32,000 nt of DNA from contig NC_008698.1 of assembly GCF_000015225.1 (NCBI RefSeq), positions 180,001-212,000 of the forward strand, read 5' to 3'. The stretch comes from Thermofilum pendens Hrk 5 (GTDB lineage Archaea > Thermoproteota > Thermoprotei > Thermofilales > Thermofilaceae). This document shows, piece after piece, positions 24,696 to 32,000 of the stretch. The translations under genes were made by a program, and so were the position numbers. The first letter of the stretch is position 1. Every line of letters starts with the position of its first letter. Under the pieces are notes generated by a model. That model saw nothing but the letters and a program-made list of their open reading frames with translations. It was not told the DNA's origin and ran no database searches.

Positions 24696-25442
24696 CTACT
24701 GGGTCGGAGTCCTGGAGGCTCCTTTCTTTCTTCCAGTCCTTCTGGGCGCGATGTGACCGACCTTCCTGCCGGGCGGCGCGTTCCTAGGAGCTGGCGTTAA
24801 GCCCTTGGGGTGATGACCTCCTCCTGCCGGGTGGGCGTAGGCAGACATAGCTTTTCCTCTAACTGTTGGGTACTTGAACGACTTAGCCCTAGACCAATGC
24901 CACATCTTGCCCGCCTTAAGCATAGGTTTCTCTATCCTTCCACCGGCGGCCACCATGCCTATCGTCGCTCTCGCCTCACTGGATACCTCCTTAACCTTCT
25001 TAGATGGAAGCTGTATAAGCGTTTTGCCGTTCGAGTGCGCAAGTACAAGCGCATAGGCTCCGCTACTCCTAGCCAGCTTCCCGCCGTCCCCGGGCCTTAT
25101 CTCAATATTCGAAACTATCGTTCCCTCCGGCACGTTACCTATCTCAACTATGCTTCCAAGGACTGCCGGAGCCTTTGCTCCATAGTAGATCTTTTGCCCT
25201 ACCGCTAGCCCCTCAGGAGGTATCATGTACATCTTTGTGCCATCCTCGAACTCCACCAGTGCAAGAGGGGCTCCGCGGCCCGGCTCGTGGAGCAAGTCTT
25301 TGACAACGCCGACAAGCACCTTGTTCTTGAACTCTTCGGGATTGTAAGGCGGATACCTGGCCGGCCCGAGGCGTTTCCAGCCGGGATTCCTAAATACACT
25401 TCCTCCGCGCCCCCTCCTCTGTACGAGCAACCTCTTACCCAT
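24696..25442 (-). CDS. rpl2: 50S ribosomal protein L2 (uL2)
   Basis: IEIRPGDGGKLARSSGAYA, GGRIEKP and AHPAGGGHHPKG motifs. GAGGTGAGGG SD upstream of the ATG. Confidence 0.96.
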   Translation of the reverse strand: MGKRLLVQRRGRGGSVFRNPGWKRLGPARYPPYNPEEFKNKVLVGVVKDLLHEPGRGAPLALVEFEDGTKMYMIPPEGLAVGQKIYYGAKAPAVLGSIVEIGNVPEGTIVSNIEIRPGDGGKLARSSGAYALVLAHSNGKTLIQLPSKKVKEVSSEARATIGMVAAGGRIEKPMLKAGKMWHWSRAKSFKYPTVRGKAMSAYAHPAGGGHHPKGLTPAPRNAPPGRKVGHIAPRRTGRKKGASRTPTQ

Positions 25443-25454
25443 TCTCCCTCACCT

Positions 25455-25727
25455 CTACACCAGCCCGATTCTGCTAGCTACGTCTGCCGCGGAATACTCC
25501 TTGGACAGCTTAACGTATGCCTTTTTAAAGCCTTCGGGAGTTATCAACGTGTTTACCTTTGCAACTTTGACGTTGTACAGCGCCTCTACAGCTCTCTTTA
25601 TCTCCGGCTTTGACGCCCTCCTATCGACTATGAACACCAGCGTGTTTGTCTCTTCCATCAGTCTCAGAGTCTTCTCCGTAAGGTAAGGTTTCACTATTAT
25701 CTTCGTGTAGTCTACCCCGCTACTCAT
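25455..25727 (-). CDS. rpl23: 50S ribosomal protein L23 (uL23)
   Basis: [11 protein letters not shown]....[35 protein letters not shown]. The start overlaps the L4 stop. GGAGAGGTG SD upstream. Confidence 0.92.
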   Translation of the reverse strand: MSSGVDYTKIIVKPYLTEKTLRLMEETNTLVFIVDRRASKPEIKRAVEALYNVKVAKVNTLITPEGFKKAYVKLSKEYSAADVASRIGLV

Positions 25728-26527
25728 TTCTGCAACACCTCTCCTTTGAGCCTTTCCTCAAGCCCCTTAACCGCCGACTTCGTGAAGACAGTTAGCCTGC
25801 CAGGATTCCCGCCAGGCGCTAGGTGAAGCACAGACAGCTCTTTATACGTTACCACGTCGACTCCGGGCATATTCCTGGCGGCGAGCTCGATGCCTCGCGC
25901 CTCCCCAACTACTATCAGCAGGCTTTTCGGCTTCTTGTACCTCCTGCCACGCATCTTCCCCTTACCCGCGCGCACACGTGTATTGGTCTGGGCTCTTTCG
26001 ACGTCTTTCCAGAGTCCAAGCTTTTCCAGGAAAGCCCTCAAATCCCTAGCCTTGCTTATGCTCTCCAAGTCGTCAGCTACGACCACCGGCAGCGGGATAT
26101 CCGGCACCACGTGCCCCCTCTTCAGCACGAAGTCCCTAGACGCCACAGCCGCCAGCGCCGAGAGCAGGGCTTTACGCTTCTCCTTCCTGTTAACCTCCTC
26201 TCGGATTATTTTCTCTACGCGCGGAGGATGCGCCCTACGCCCCTTAACCGCCTGGACAACCCTGGCGGCCCTCAACCCGCCCTTTATTCGGGCAACTCTA
26301 GCGATACCGTGTCCTACTCCCAAGCTCTCTGCCGTTGTTCGGAGGCCGGCTAGGGGGTCTGTCCCCTTTGGTTGCAACCTAGACGTGAATAGGGCTATGT
26401 AGACGCGCCTGATCAGGTCGGGCCTTACTGGAGACTTGAAGAAGCTGGGGAGCTTTATCCTCTCCACAGCAGCCCCGTTTAAATCGTAGACGGGAACCTC
26501 TAAAACCTCGGCTACTTCCTGGGACAT
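25724..26527 (-). CDS. rpl4: 50S ribosomal protein L4 (uL4)
   Basis: VPVYDLNG......[13 protein letters not shown].......LQP.G and GRRAHPP motifs. GAGGTGAGG SD upstream. Confidence 0.92.
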   Translation of the reverse strand: MSQEVAEVLEVPVYDLNGAAVERIKLPSFFKSPVRPDLIRRVYIALFTSRLQPKGTDPLAGLRTTAESLGVGHGIARVARIKGGLRAARVVQAVKGRRAHPPRVEKIIREEVNRKEKRKALLSALAAVASRDFVLKRGHVVPDIPLPVVVADDLESISKARDLRAFLEKLGLWKDVERAQTNTRVRAGKGKMRGRRYKKPKSLLIVVGEARGIELAARNMPGVDVVTYKELSVLHLAPGGNPGRLTVFTKSAVKGLEERLKGEVLQK

Positions 26528-26533
26528 TTAACC

Positions 26534-27538
26534 TCACCTCGCCGGAGGCCAGGGAGCCGTGCTTATATAGGTTATCTGTGGCGGCGGGAGAACTCTGAGA
26601 GCCCTGATGGCGTGGCGCAACCTTACAAGCCGCTTCACCGCGCCAGGAACGCTGCCTTCAACTATTATAAACTGGCTTCTCACTAGCCCGTAGTGCGGCC
26701 ACCCGCCGGGCGGGTTTATCTCTTTGAGAGACTCCGCATCCCCGACTTTCAATATCCTCTTGTTGTACTCCGTCCTCTGGTGAAAACCGAGCTGTCCTGG
26801 GAACGGCGTATAGAACATTATGGCGGGCTTCTGCGGGCCAACGCTTCCAATCCTGCTGTGACCCTTCCTGTGCTTGTGCCACCTGGGCATTTCTTCAACT
26901 CCGAACCTTTTAACCGAGCCCTGAAAGCCCTTACCCTTCGTTACGGCGATAACATCTATGTAGTCCCCCTCCTTGAATACATCGCTTATAGTTAGATCCT
27001 TGCCGAGCTTTTCGAGCGCGAGGCTCAAGGCTTTTTCGGGCGGACCGCCCACAGCTATCTCAATCAGCTCCGGCTTCTTTTTACCTAGGCCTGAAAGCCT
27101 CGGCTGAGTCGCCGCTAGCACTCTAACCTCGGATACCCGGCTTTTAACCTCTTCGAGCTTCTTCAACTGCTCTTCATGGTAGCTTTGATCCTTGGGTAGC
27201 GGGAACACCCTTTCCAGGTCCTTGGGTAGATCCTTCGCCCATACCTCGCAAAGGGTCTTCTTCCCGTAGGGGGTCTTCTCGTAAACCCTTACAGCGACGA
27301 CCTTCAACGGTGGAACCTCGATGACAGTCGCCGCGTAGAACCTCTCCTGGCCGTAGAACGGACTATTCTTGTTCATTTCCACCCCTATTACGTGAAGCAT
27401 CCCCACCTTGTACCCAGCGAAGCCGAGGAAGCCCTCCCTGTTCTGCGGCCACCTCCTAACGCGAGCTACGATGCTTCTCGCTCTTTTACGCGGGTAGTAC
27501 GCCCTCGATCCGCGTCGAGGCCTATGACCTTTCGCCAC
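26534..27538 (-). CDS. rpl3: 50S ribosomal protein L3 (uL3)
   Basis: HRPRRGSRAYYPRKRA N-terminus, FAGYKVGM and VTKGKGFQGSVKRFGV. GTG start with GGTGG 6 nt upstream. Confidence 0.96.
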   Translation of the reverse strand: MAKGHRPRRGSRAYYPRKRARSIVARVRRWPQNREGFLGFAGYKVGMLHVIGVEMNKNSPFYGQERFYAATVIEVPPLKVVAVRVYEKTPYGKKTLCEVWAKDLPKDLERVFPLPKDQSYHEEQLKKLEEVKSRVSEVRVLAATQPRLSGLGKKKPELIEIAVGGPPEKALSLALEKLGKDLTISDVFKEGDYIDVIAVTKGKGFQGSVKRFGVEEMPRWHKHRKGHSRIGSVGPQKPAIMFYTPFPGQLGFHQRTEYNKRILKVGDAESLKEINPPGGWPHYGLVRSQFIIVEGSVPGAVKRLVRLRHAIRALRVLPPPQITYISTAPWPPAR

Positions 27539-27583
27539 TCATTACCACCTTATGCGAACACCGCCTAGCAACGATTTGCAGAG

Positions 27584-27597
27584 CTTTATTAAATTTT
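27584..27597 (-). promoter_or_regulatory. TATA-like element (AAAATTTAATAAAG) of the L3-L4-L23-L2 operon
   Basis: About 50 nt upstream of GTG 27538. The predicted leader of about 25 nt ends in GGTGG-TAATGA-GTG. Confidence 0.4.
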
Positions 27598-27615
27598 GCG
27601 CACTACGTAGTGCGC
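27598..27615. repeat. Perfect 18-bp palindrome GCGCACTACGTAGTGCGC abutting the L3 promoter box
   Basis: All nine base pairs were checked position by position (27598-27606 against 27607-27615). It is directly adjacent to the AT-rich element at 27584-27597. Confidence 0.95.
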
Positions 27616-27718
27616 GCGAAAAGCTGGGGACAGGGCAGGAATAGGGTAAACCACCAGGAAAAAGGCGCCCGGCCCCCTCCTCACGCACGAGCGCGCGGCT
27701 CGCAATGCCTGGCTAGTT

Positions 27719-28546
27719 TTATTCAAGGTTCAGGTTTAGAATAGCGAGGGAAATGTAGACGGCTTCCTCCGTTCTAATCGTTTTTACGCCTTGGATAGGC
27801 GCAGTGTTAACAATGAAGTCGAGAAAAGATTCCAGTTCAAAGCCCTCCTCCTCCGAGATTTCCTGAAGCCCCTTGTTCCACGTACCGAAAAACACTGCGA
27901 CACCGTTTTTCGCAGTAGCCTCTCTCTTTATCTCCTCTAGAACCAGCGATACCGGTGCGGCTTTCCTCGATGTGCCCACGAGGAGAAAGCCCCGCGACCT
28001 GTAGTGTTCCAGTGCCTCACGCAAAGAGCTGTAGCACTTAGTCCTGTAGCCCCAGTACACTTTTACCTCCTCCGGAGAGACGTAGCGCCACCCTGCCCCC
28101 TCTCGACGCAACGTAACCCTTCTACCCGCGTCTGTGGGAACTTCTGCCTCGACAGGGTTTCCAAGTCCAACATCCACTAACGCCTTAGTTCCTCTGCGCG
28201 AAACGACGTAACCCTCTCTGTACTCGCTTTCCTCTCCTCTCAGAAGGTGGCTCGGAGACCTAAGCGGGGGAACAAGCCCGAGGTACCTGTACTCGCGCGA
28301 TCTCGGAACAAGGTACTTCCTGAGATACTGCGGCACCTCGAGTGCGTCTAGTATTCTCTTAAGTTCTGCACAAGGGTGTCCTGACTCCTGGTAGATAGCT
28401 ACCTCCTCTACTCGGAAAATCGTAACTGCGCGCGCAAGGAGGGCAACGTGGAAAGTTCTAGCAGGCTCACTAAGATTAGAGAAAGTGCTCGAAGGTACAG
28501 CTACAGCCCTCTTCAGCCTTGGCTTCAAAGGCGGCCACATCGACAC
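27719..28546 (-). CDS. SPOUT-superfamily putative RNA methyltransferase (DUF171 / Methyltrn_RNA_3, COG2106)
   Basis: AVAVPSS...LARAVTIFRVEEVAIY, VPQYLRKYLVP, REGYVV, YWGYR, GTSRKA and VKTIRTEEAV are the family signature blocks. As I recall, this family is frequently found just upstream of rpl3 in archaea. Confidence 0.8.
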   Translation of the reverse strand: MSMWPPLKPRLKRAVAVPSSTFSNLSEPARTFHVALLARAVTIFRVEEVAIYQESGHPCAELKRILDALEVPQYLRKYLVPRSREYRYLGLVPPLRSPSHLLRGEESEYREGYVVSRRGTKALVDVGLGNPVEAEVPTDAGRRVTLRREGAGWRYVSPEEVKVYWGYRTKCYSSLREALEHYRSRGFLLVGTSRKAAPVSLVLEEIKREATAKNGVAVFFGTWNKGLQEISEEEGFELESFLDFIVNTAPIQGVKTIRTEEAVYISLAILNLNLE

Positions 28547-28712
28547 TTTCAGCCAACTACTTTGCCTGAGATTCCTTTGCTCGCTTCTCTCTCAACTCCT
28601 TCTTGCGCTCGAGGAAGAGGGAAGTTCTTTGGCGTCCACCCAACCGGATCACCCAGCTTACCTTTGCTAAGCTTACTTTTTATGTCTTTCTTATATCCCC
28701 TTCGGAACACCC

Positions 28713-28934
28713 TTACTGCTCAGACTCCAACGCTATCCAGTAGGCCATCTTTCCCCTTCTCTCCTCCTTCACCTTCTTTTCCCTTAGGAGGAGCCGAAGT
28801 ATGTAGAAGACCTGACTATGAGAGAGCTTCAGGTCTCGTACTAGCTCTACGGTTGGCATTGGTCCATGCTTCTTCAGATACTCATAGATGAGCTTCTTTC
28901 TCTCGAGTATTTTGTCCGTAACTTTTCGCGGCAT
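28713..28934 (-). CDS. Small winged helix-turn-helix DNA-binding protein (73 aa)
   Basis: Predicted H1-H2-H3-wing layout: KKLIYEYLKKHG / MPTVELVRDL / SHSQVFYILRLLLREKKV / RRGKMAYWIAL. It has its own AT-rich upstream region. No specific family recognised. Confidence 0.55.
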   Translation of the reverse strand: MPRKVTDKILERKKLIYEYLKKHGPMPTVELVRDLKLSHSQVFYILRLLLREKKVKEERRGKMAYWIALESEQ

Positions 28935-29028
28935 ACCGGTCGTCGTATAAATTATTTCAGCGATATTAAAGTTTTATCTATTTTAACGCAAAAAGTGCTT
29001 ACATAGACAAAATATTTACGAAAATGGA
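28935..29028 (-). promoter_or_regulatory. AT-rich spacer after secY: oligo-T terminators plus promoter of the wHTH gene
   Basis: The minus strand carries CCATTTTCG, ATATTTTGTC and CACTTTTTGCG after the secY stop. These are followed by AAAACTTTAATATCG and AAATAATTTATACG boxes 15-40 nt upstream of ATG 28934. It is visibly the most AT-rich intergenic stretch in the window. Confidence 0.4.
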
Positions 29029-30459
29029 TTACTCTCCAATGAGCCTCGCGAGCGATGGGTACATTTCGAGTGCCCTCTCGCTCGCCAGTATGGAGTAGTA
29101 CTGCACTATTATGCCTACCAACAGTAGTATGCCCGTGCCGCCACCCATTACTCTGAATATATCGCTGACTACAGCGATGACGCCTATTATTATGCTACTC
29201 AGTATCGTTAACCCCCAGATGTAGCGCTTCAACATGGATGCTATGACTTTCTCGCTTTTCCTAAAGCCGGGTATCTGTAGCTGAGCCTTTGCGAGCTGCT
29301 CCGCCTGCGTTTCGGGATCCATGCCGCTTGTTAGGATCCAGGCTACTCCGAAGAGGACGGCGAACCCGATGTAGAGCAGAGAGTACACCACTAGGTGGAC
29401 GGGATCGGCGAGGGCGGACGCAAGTGAGCGCGGAGGAGATATGTAGTACACGAACGACCCAGGTAGAGGCACCGGGCCGTACTCCGTGTAGTTGTACTTT
29501 GCGATAACGTTGAGCCAGGGGTTCTGGTTGCCCGGATTCACCCTGGGCCACAGCGCCTGCGTGAACATCACCACGTTGGCATAGAGAGCGCCTACGAGGA
29601 TTACCGGCATGACCGATACGTAGAGGAACTTCAACGGTATCCTCGTTTTCGCCCCGCCAAACCTAACGCTAGAAACTGGTATCGTGATCTTCATCGACTC
29701 CATGTACGTTAGTAGCAGTAACATAACAACCATTCCCACGAAGCCTACAAGGTCGGGGTACCCGCTCGGTCGAACTACGACATGCATCAGTAGCGTTGAG
29801 TTACCGCTGACCAGCGCGGAGAAGAGCGACGGGAAGAGCCCGTAGTAGAGCCCGTCCCCTAGGGGTCCTATCGGGCTGAAGAGTTCCCAGAAGATCTGTT
29901 GAGCGACACCTGCCGCTATGAATAGCGAGACAGCGCTCCCTATGCCCCAGCCCTTTTCGAGCATGTCGTTCATGAGTATAACGAACGTGCTCGCAACGAA
30001 TAGCTGCACGAAGACTATGATCTGTTGTTGCTGTGTTAGGGCTCCGTAAACGCCCCCGAGTATGTAGGCTGCCGCCTCTAACGCTGCGAAGAGGAAAGCC
30101 GTGAGTTTCTGTAGACCTGCGAAAGTCCTCCTGCCTTCCGGTGTCGTGAGGTCAAGGTTTACTATCCTGCTACCGACCAGTAGCTCCCAGACTATTCCGG
30201 AAGTCACTATTGGACCTATACCAAGCTCAATGAGAGTCCCCCTCTTGGACGCCATGACGACTCTTAGAAACTCGAGGGCGCCTAGAGTGCCTTGGGTCTG
30301 CCTCGGAATACCGTACAGCGGTGTCTGACCCATTACGAAGTAGGCGACTAGCACCAGGGCCGTCCAGAGCAACCTTTCGCTGAGAGGCGGCTTTCTCCGT
30401 GGCTTTTCTATCTCCGGGAGAAATCTAAAAACGCTGTCTAAAGATTCTTTAAGCCCCAA
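29029..30459 (-). CDS. secY: Preprotein translocase subunit SecY
   Basis: FLPEIEKPRRKPPLSERLLWTALVLVAYFVMGQTPLYGIP N-terminus and 10 TM helices. TTG start 2 nt after the L15 stop, with GGTGAG upstream. Confidence 0.94.
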   Translation of the reverse strand: MGLKESLDSVFRFLPEIEKPRRKPPLSERLLWTALVLVAYFVMGQTPLYGIPRQTQGTLGALEFLRVVMASKRGTLIELGIGPIVTSGIVWELLVGSRIVNLDLTTPEGRRTFAGLQKLTAFLFAALEAAAYILGGVYGALTQQQQIIVFVQLFVASTFVILMNDMLEKGWGIGSAVSLFIAAGVAQQIFWELFSPIGPLGDGLYYGLFPSLFSALVSGNSTLLMHVVVRPSGYPDLVGFVGMVVMLLLLTYMESMKITIPVSSVRFGGAKTRIPLKFLYVSVMPVILVGALYANVVMFTQALWPRVNPGNQNPWLNVIAKYNYTEYGPVPLPGSFVYYISPPRSLASALADPVHLVVYSLLYIGFAVLFGVAWILTSGMDPETQAEQLAKAQLQIPGFRKSEKVIASMLKRYIWGLTILSSIIIGVIAVVSDIFRVMGGGTGILLLVGIIVQYYSILASERALEMYPSLARLIGE

Positions 30460-30461
30460 GC

Positions 30462-30923
30462 TTACTCACCGGCTTCCTGCGTTTTAGCAACCTCGACGCG
30501 TCCTCCCTGCGCCTCGATCTTGCTTATAGCCCTCTTGGTAGCCACAGGAACTTTAACGATTATCTTGTTTCTCACTTGCCCAGATCCGGTGAGCTTGTTA
30601 AAGCCCAGCTGTGTCAAGTCGACGACATAGGCATCGCCCTCCCGGCTGGCTAAGCCCTTCCTAAAGAACTCTTCCACTTCAGCGTCTAGTTGCCCCACGT
30701 TTATCGTGCGGTACTCGACCACCAGCGATGGGTGTCTCGTGAAGCCATGTTTACCATACCAGTCAGGTGCGTATTTGACAGTCCAGGACCATTTATGCTT
30801 GTGGTAGCCGACGAGACCCCTCCCACCCCTACTGCCGCTCTTCCTGTGTTGCCCAACGCGCCCCCAACCGTGGGTTCTGCTTCCGCGGTACGCCCTGCTC
30901 TTCTTTTCCCGTCTCACTACCAA
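30462..30923 (-). CDS. rpl15: 50S ribosomal protein L15 (uL15)
   Basis: VVRREKKSRAYRGSRTHGWGRVGQHRKSGSRGGRG. The track start is GTG 30932. TTG 30923 gives the MVVRREKK N-terminus seen in homologues and lies 6 nt after GGGAGGTG. Confidence 0.9.
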   Translation of the reverse strand: MVVRREKKSRAYRGSRTHGWGRVGQHRKSGSRGGRGLVGYHKHKWSWTVKYAPDWYGKHGFTRHPSLVVEYRTINVGQLDAEVEEFFRKGLASREGDAYVVDLTQLGFNKLTGSGQVRNKIIVKVPVATKRAISKIEAQGGRVEVAKTQEAGE

Positions 30924-30936
30924 GCCTAACACCTCC

Positions 30937-30993
30937 CGCTAATGAGACCCCAAGTACTTAAAAAATTAGCGGCGAAGCGCGAGACGCGCGCTT
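30937..30993 (-). promoter_or_regulatory. Two stem-loops flanking a T6/TATA-like tract between rpl30 and rpl15
   Basis: Hairpin AAGCGCG-N5-CGCGCTT at 30975-30993. Second inverted repeat CGCTAAT-N21-ATTAGCG (30937-30943 and 30965-30971) encloses TAATTTTTTAAG. GGGAGGTG and the L15 start follow immediately. Confidence 0.35.
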
Positions 30994-31053
30994 GGAAACC
31001 CCTGAAGCTGTTAAGCGAAAGAACAGAAGTATGTGCCTGCTTGATTACGTTCC

Positions 31054-31524
31054 TTAAAGCATTCTGAGGACAAGGTTGTTTATATCAGCTCCGCGGTAGC
31101 CGAGCTCGCCCCTGGCGTTAATGTTGCGCCGAATAGTTCCCCTAAAGCCGCCGCTCGGGGGGCGCAACCTGAACACGGGCTTTACACCGGGCAGATCCTC
31201 CAAGGACACCTTACCGGAGATCAATGCCTCGGCGAGCTCTTCGAAGCTGTTAAACCCTATCTTCTTTAAGTACTCCTCTGTTAGCCTCTTGTTGCCAGTA
31301 ATACGCCCTCTTCTCTTCAACAGCTCGACGAGTGTTTCCTTATTTATCTCCCCCCACGTGACAGCAGAGGACAGCGTCCTCTCCAGCATACCCTTTATTG
31401 ATGGATCGTCCTTGACGAGAACAGCGTGGTACACTTTGTGTAGCCTTAAGAGTTCGAGCGCCTTTTCTTCTTCCGGCCTCCTATCCGGTTGACCTCTAAG
31501 CCTTATCACCAGGTACAGCGCCAT
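31054..31524 (-). CDS. rpl30: 50S ribosomal protein L30 (uL30, L7e-type)
   Basis: LYLVIRLRGQPD......ALELLRLHKVYHAVLV and a C-terminal FRLRPPSGGF...GELGYRG.DIN.L. 156 aa. Confidence 0.9.
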   Translation of the reverse strand: MALYLVIRLRGQPDRRPEEEKALELLRLHKVYHAVLVKDDPSIKGMLERTLSSAVTWGEINKETLVELLKRRGRITGNKRLTEEYLKKIGFNSFEELAEALISGKVSLEDLPGVKPVFRLRPPSGGFRGTIRRNINARGELGYRGADINNLVLRML

Positions 31525-31530
31525 GCCGGG

Positions 31531-32000
31531 TCACCACTGATCCGGGGAGTAAAACTGGTACGTCTTCTTAAGCGCCTCGTAGACGGCTTTAGCCATGTTG
31601 TGCGTTGTCCTCGTCTCGCCGTAGGACCTTGACCACACGTCCTTTATGCCCGCAAGCCTTAGCACCGTTTTAGCTACGTCGCTCGCTACCAAGCCCACTC
31701 CTTTAGGCGCAGGTATAAGCTCGATTTTAACGCTTCCGGCCTTGCCTTCCACCTTGAACGGTATGCTGTGGGGTTCTCCGCATAGACATTCCCAGCTCCC
31801 GCAACCACGCCTCACGGGGACAATGTTCAGCTTTGCCCTTCTCGTGGCTTTCTCGATGGCTATGCCTATCTGCCTAGACTTCCCCATTCCGACTCCTACG
31901 TAGCCGTCCTCGTTTCCAACAGCGACCGTAACCTGGTACTGTGAGACTTCTCCCGAGTCTGTCTGCCTCTGCACGAAGCCCACGCTTAGAACCTCAGACT
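31531..32000 (-). CDS. rps5: 30S ribosomal protein S5 (uS5), 5' end outside window
   Basis: [36 protein letters not shown] and [23 protein letters not shown]. The reading frame stays open upstream of the track's GTG 31983 to the window edge. Confidence 0.9.
   Translation of the reverse strand, partial: SEVLSVGFVQRQTDSGEVSQYQVTVAVGNEDGYVGVGMGKSRQIGIAIEKATRRAKLNIVPVRRGCGSWECLCGEPHSIPFKVEGKAGSVKIELIPAPKGVGLVASDVAKTVLRLAGIKDVWSRSYGETRTTHNMAKAVYEALKKTYQFYSPDQW

Noticed and set aside
27616-27718. GC-rich ~100-nt stretch between the SPOUT gene and the L3 promoter, considered as a tRNA or other structured ncRNA gene.
   Set aside because: No acceptor/T-loop (GTTCRANY) pattern and no recognisable RNase P, SRP or H/ACA features. 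The only stems I could find are short or G-U-rich. It is treated instead as part of the spacer finding.
28935-29028. AT-rich spacer after secY, considered as a replication-origin or integration-site remnant.
   Set aside because: No ORB-like long repeats, no flanking direct repeats, and no integrase, tRNA or cdc6 nearby. Ordinary terminator-plus-promoter content explains it.
1-32000. Whole-window scan for CRISPR arrays, IS elements or transposases, integrases, toxin-antitoxin pairs and known defence-system genes.
   Set aside because: No regularly spaced repeats, terminal inverted repeats or recognisable defence or mobile-element protein motifs were seen. All substantial ORFs are accounted for by housekeeping or metabolic families.

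Overview
Densely coding archaeal chromosomal core region. It looks Thermoproteota/Crenarchaeota-like, based on Alba, a Sulfolobus-type OB-fold SSB, archaeal-type r-proteins, AT-rich TATA-like boxes about 25-40 nt upstream of first genes, and GGTG/GAGGTG Shine-Dalgarno motifs upstream of internal operon genes. I cannot assign a species. I support 37 protein-coding genes, two of them truncated by the window edges. I recognised no rRNA, tRNA, CRISPR array, IS element, integrase or obvious defence island. From about 10.7 kb to 32 kb almost everything is on the minus strand and concerns information processing. In transcription order: S5-L30-L15-SecY, a small wHTH protein, a SPOUT (DUF171) methyltransferase, L3-L4-L23-L2, an oppositely oriented NDH-2-like oxidoreductase, S19-L11-L1-P0, alaS, an uncharacterised NYN-like protein, NAC, a CDP-alcohol phosphatidyltransferase, RtcA, Cgi121, a THUMP protein (plus strand), a Zn-ribbon protein with ABCE1, and Alba. 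The left third carries metabolism and envelope genes: IMPase, MJ0936-type phosphodiesterase, SWIM protein, flippase-like membrane protein, FAD oxidoreductase, GT2, SSB, glycerate 2-kinase, OCD-family enzyme, SpoIIM-like protein and GH57. This is mostly an ordinary housekeeping region. The candidates I rank highest for undescribed biology are four. (1) A DUF434-like plus YacP/Rae1-like NYN protein translationally coupled between alaS and nac. (2) A ribosomal stalk protein P0 with no C-terminal factor-binding tail and no adjacent P1/L12 gene. (3) A TFS N-terminal-ribbon-only protein with an acidic tail, co-oriented 8-20 nt upstream of ABCE1. (4) GC-rich inverted repeats placed next to r-protein operon promoters, including a perfect 18-bp palindrome. 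All family assignments come from motif recognition by eye and need HMM or structure confirmation. Several start codons are refined relative to the ORF track and remain uncertain.
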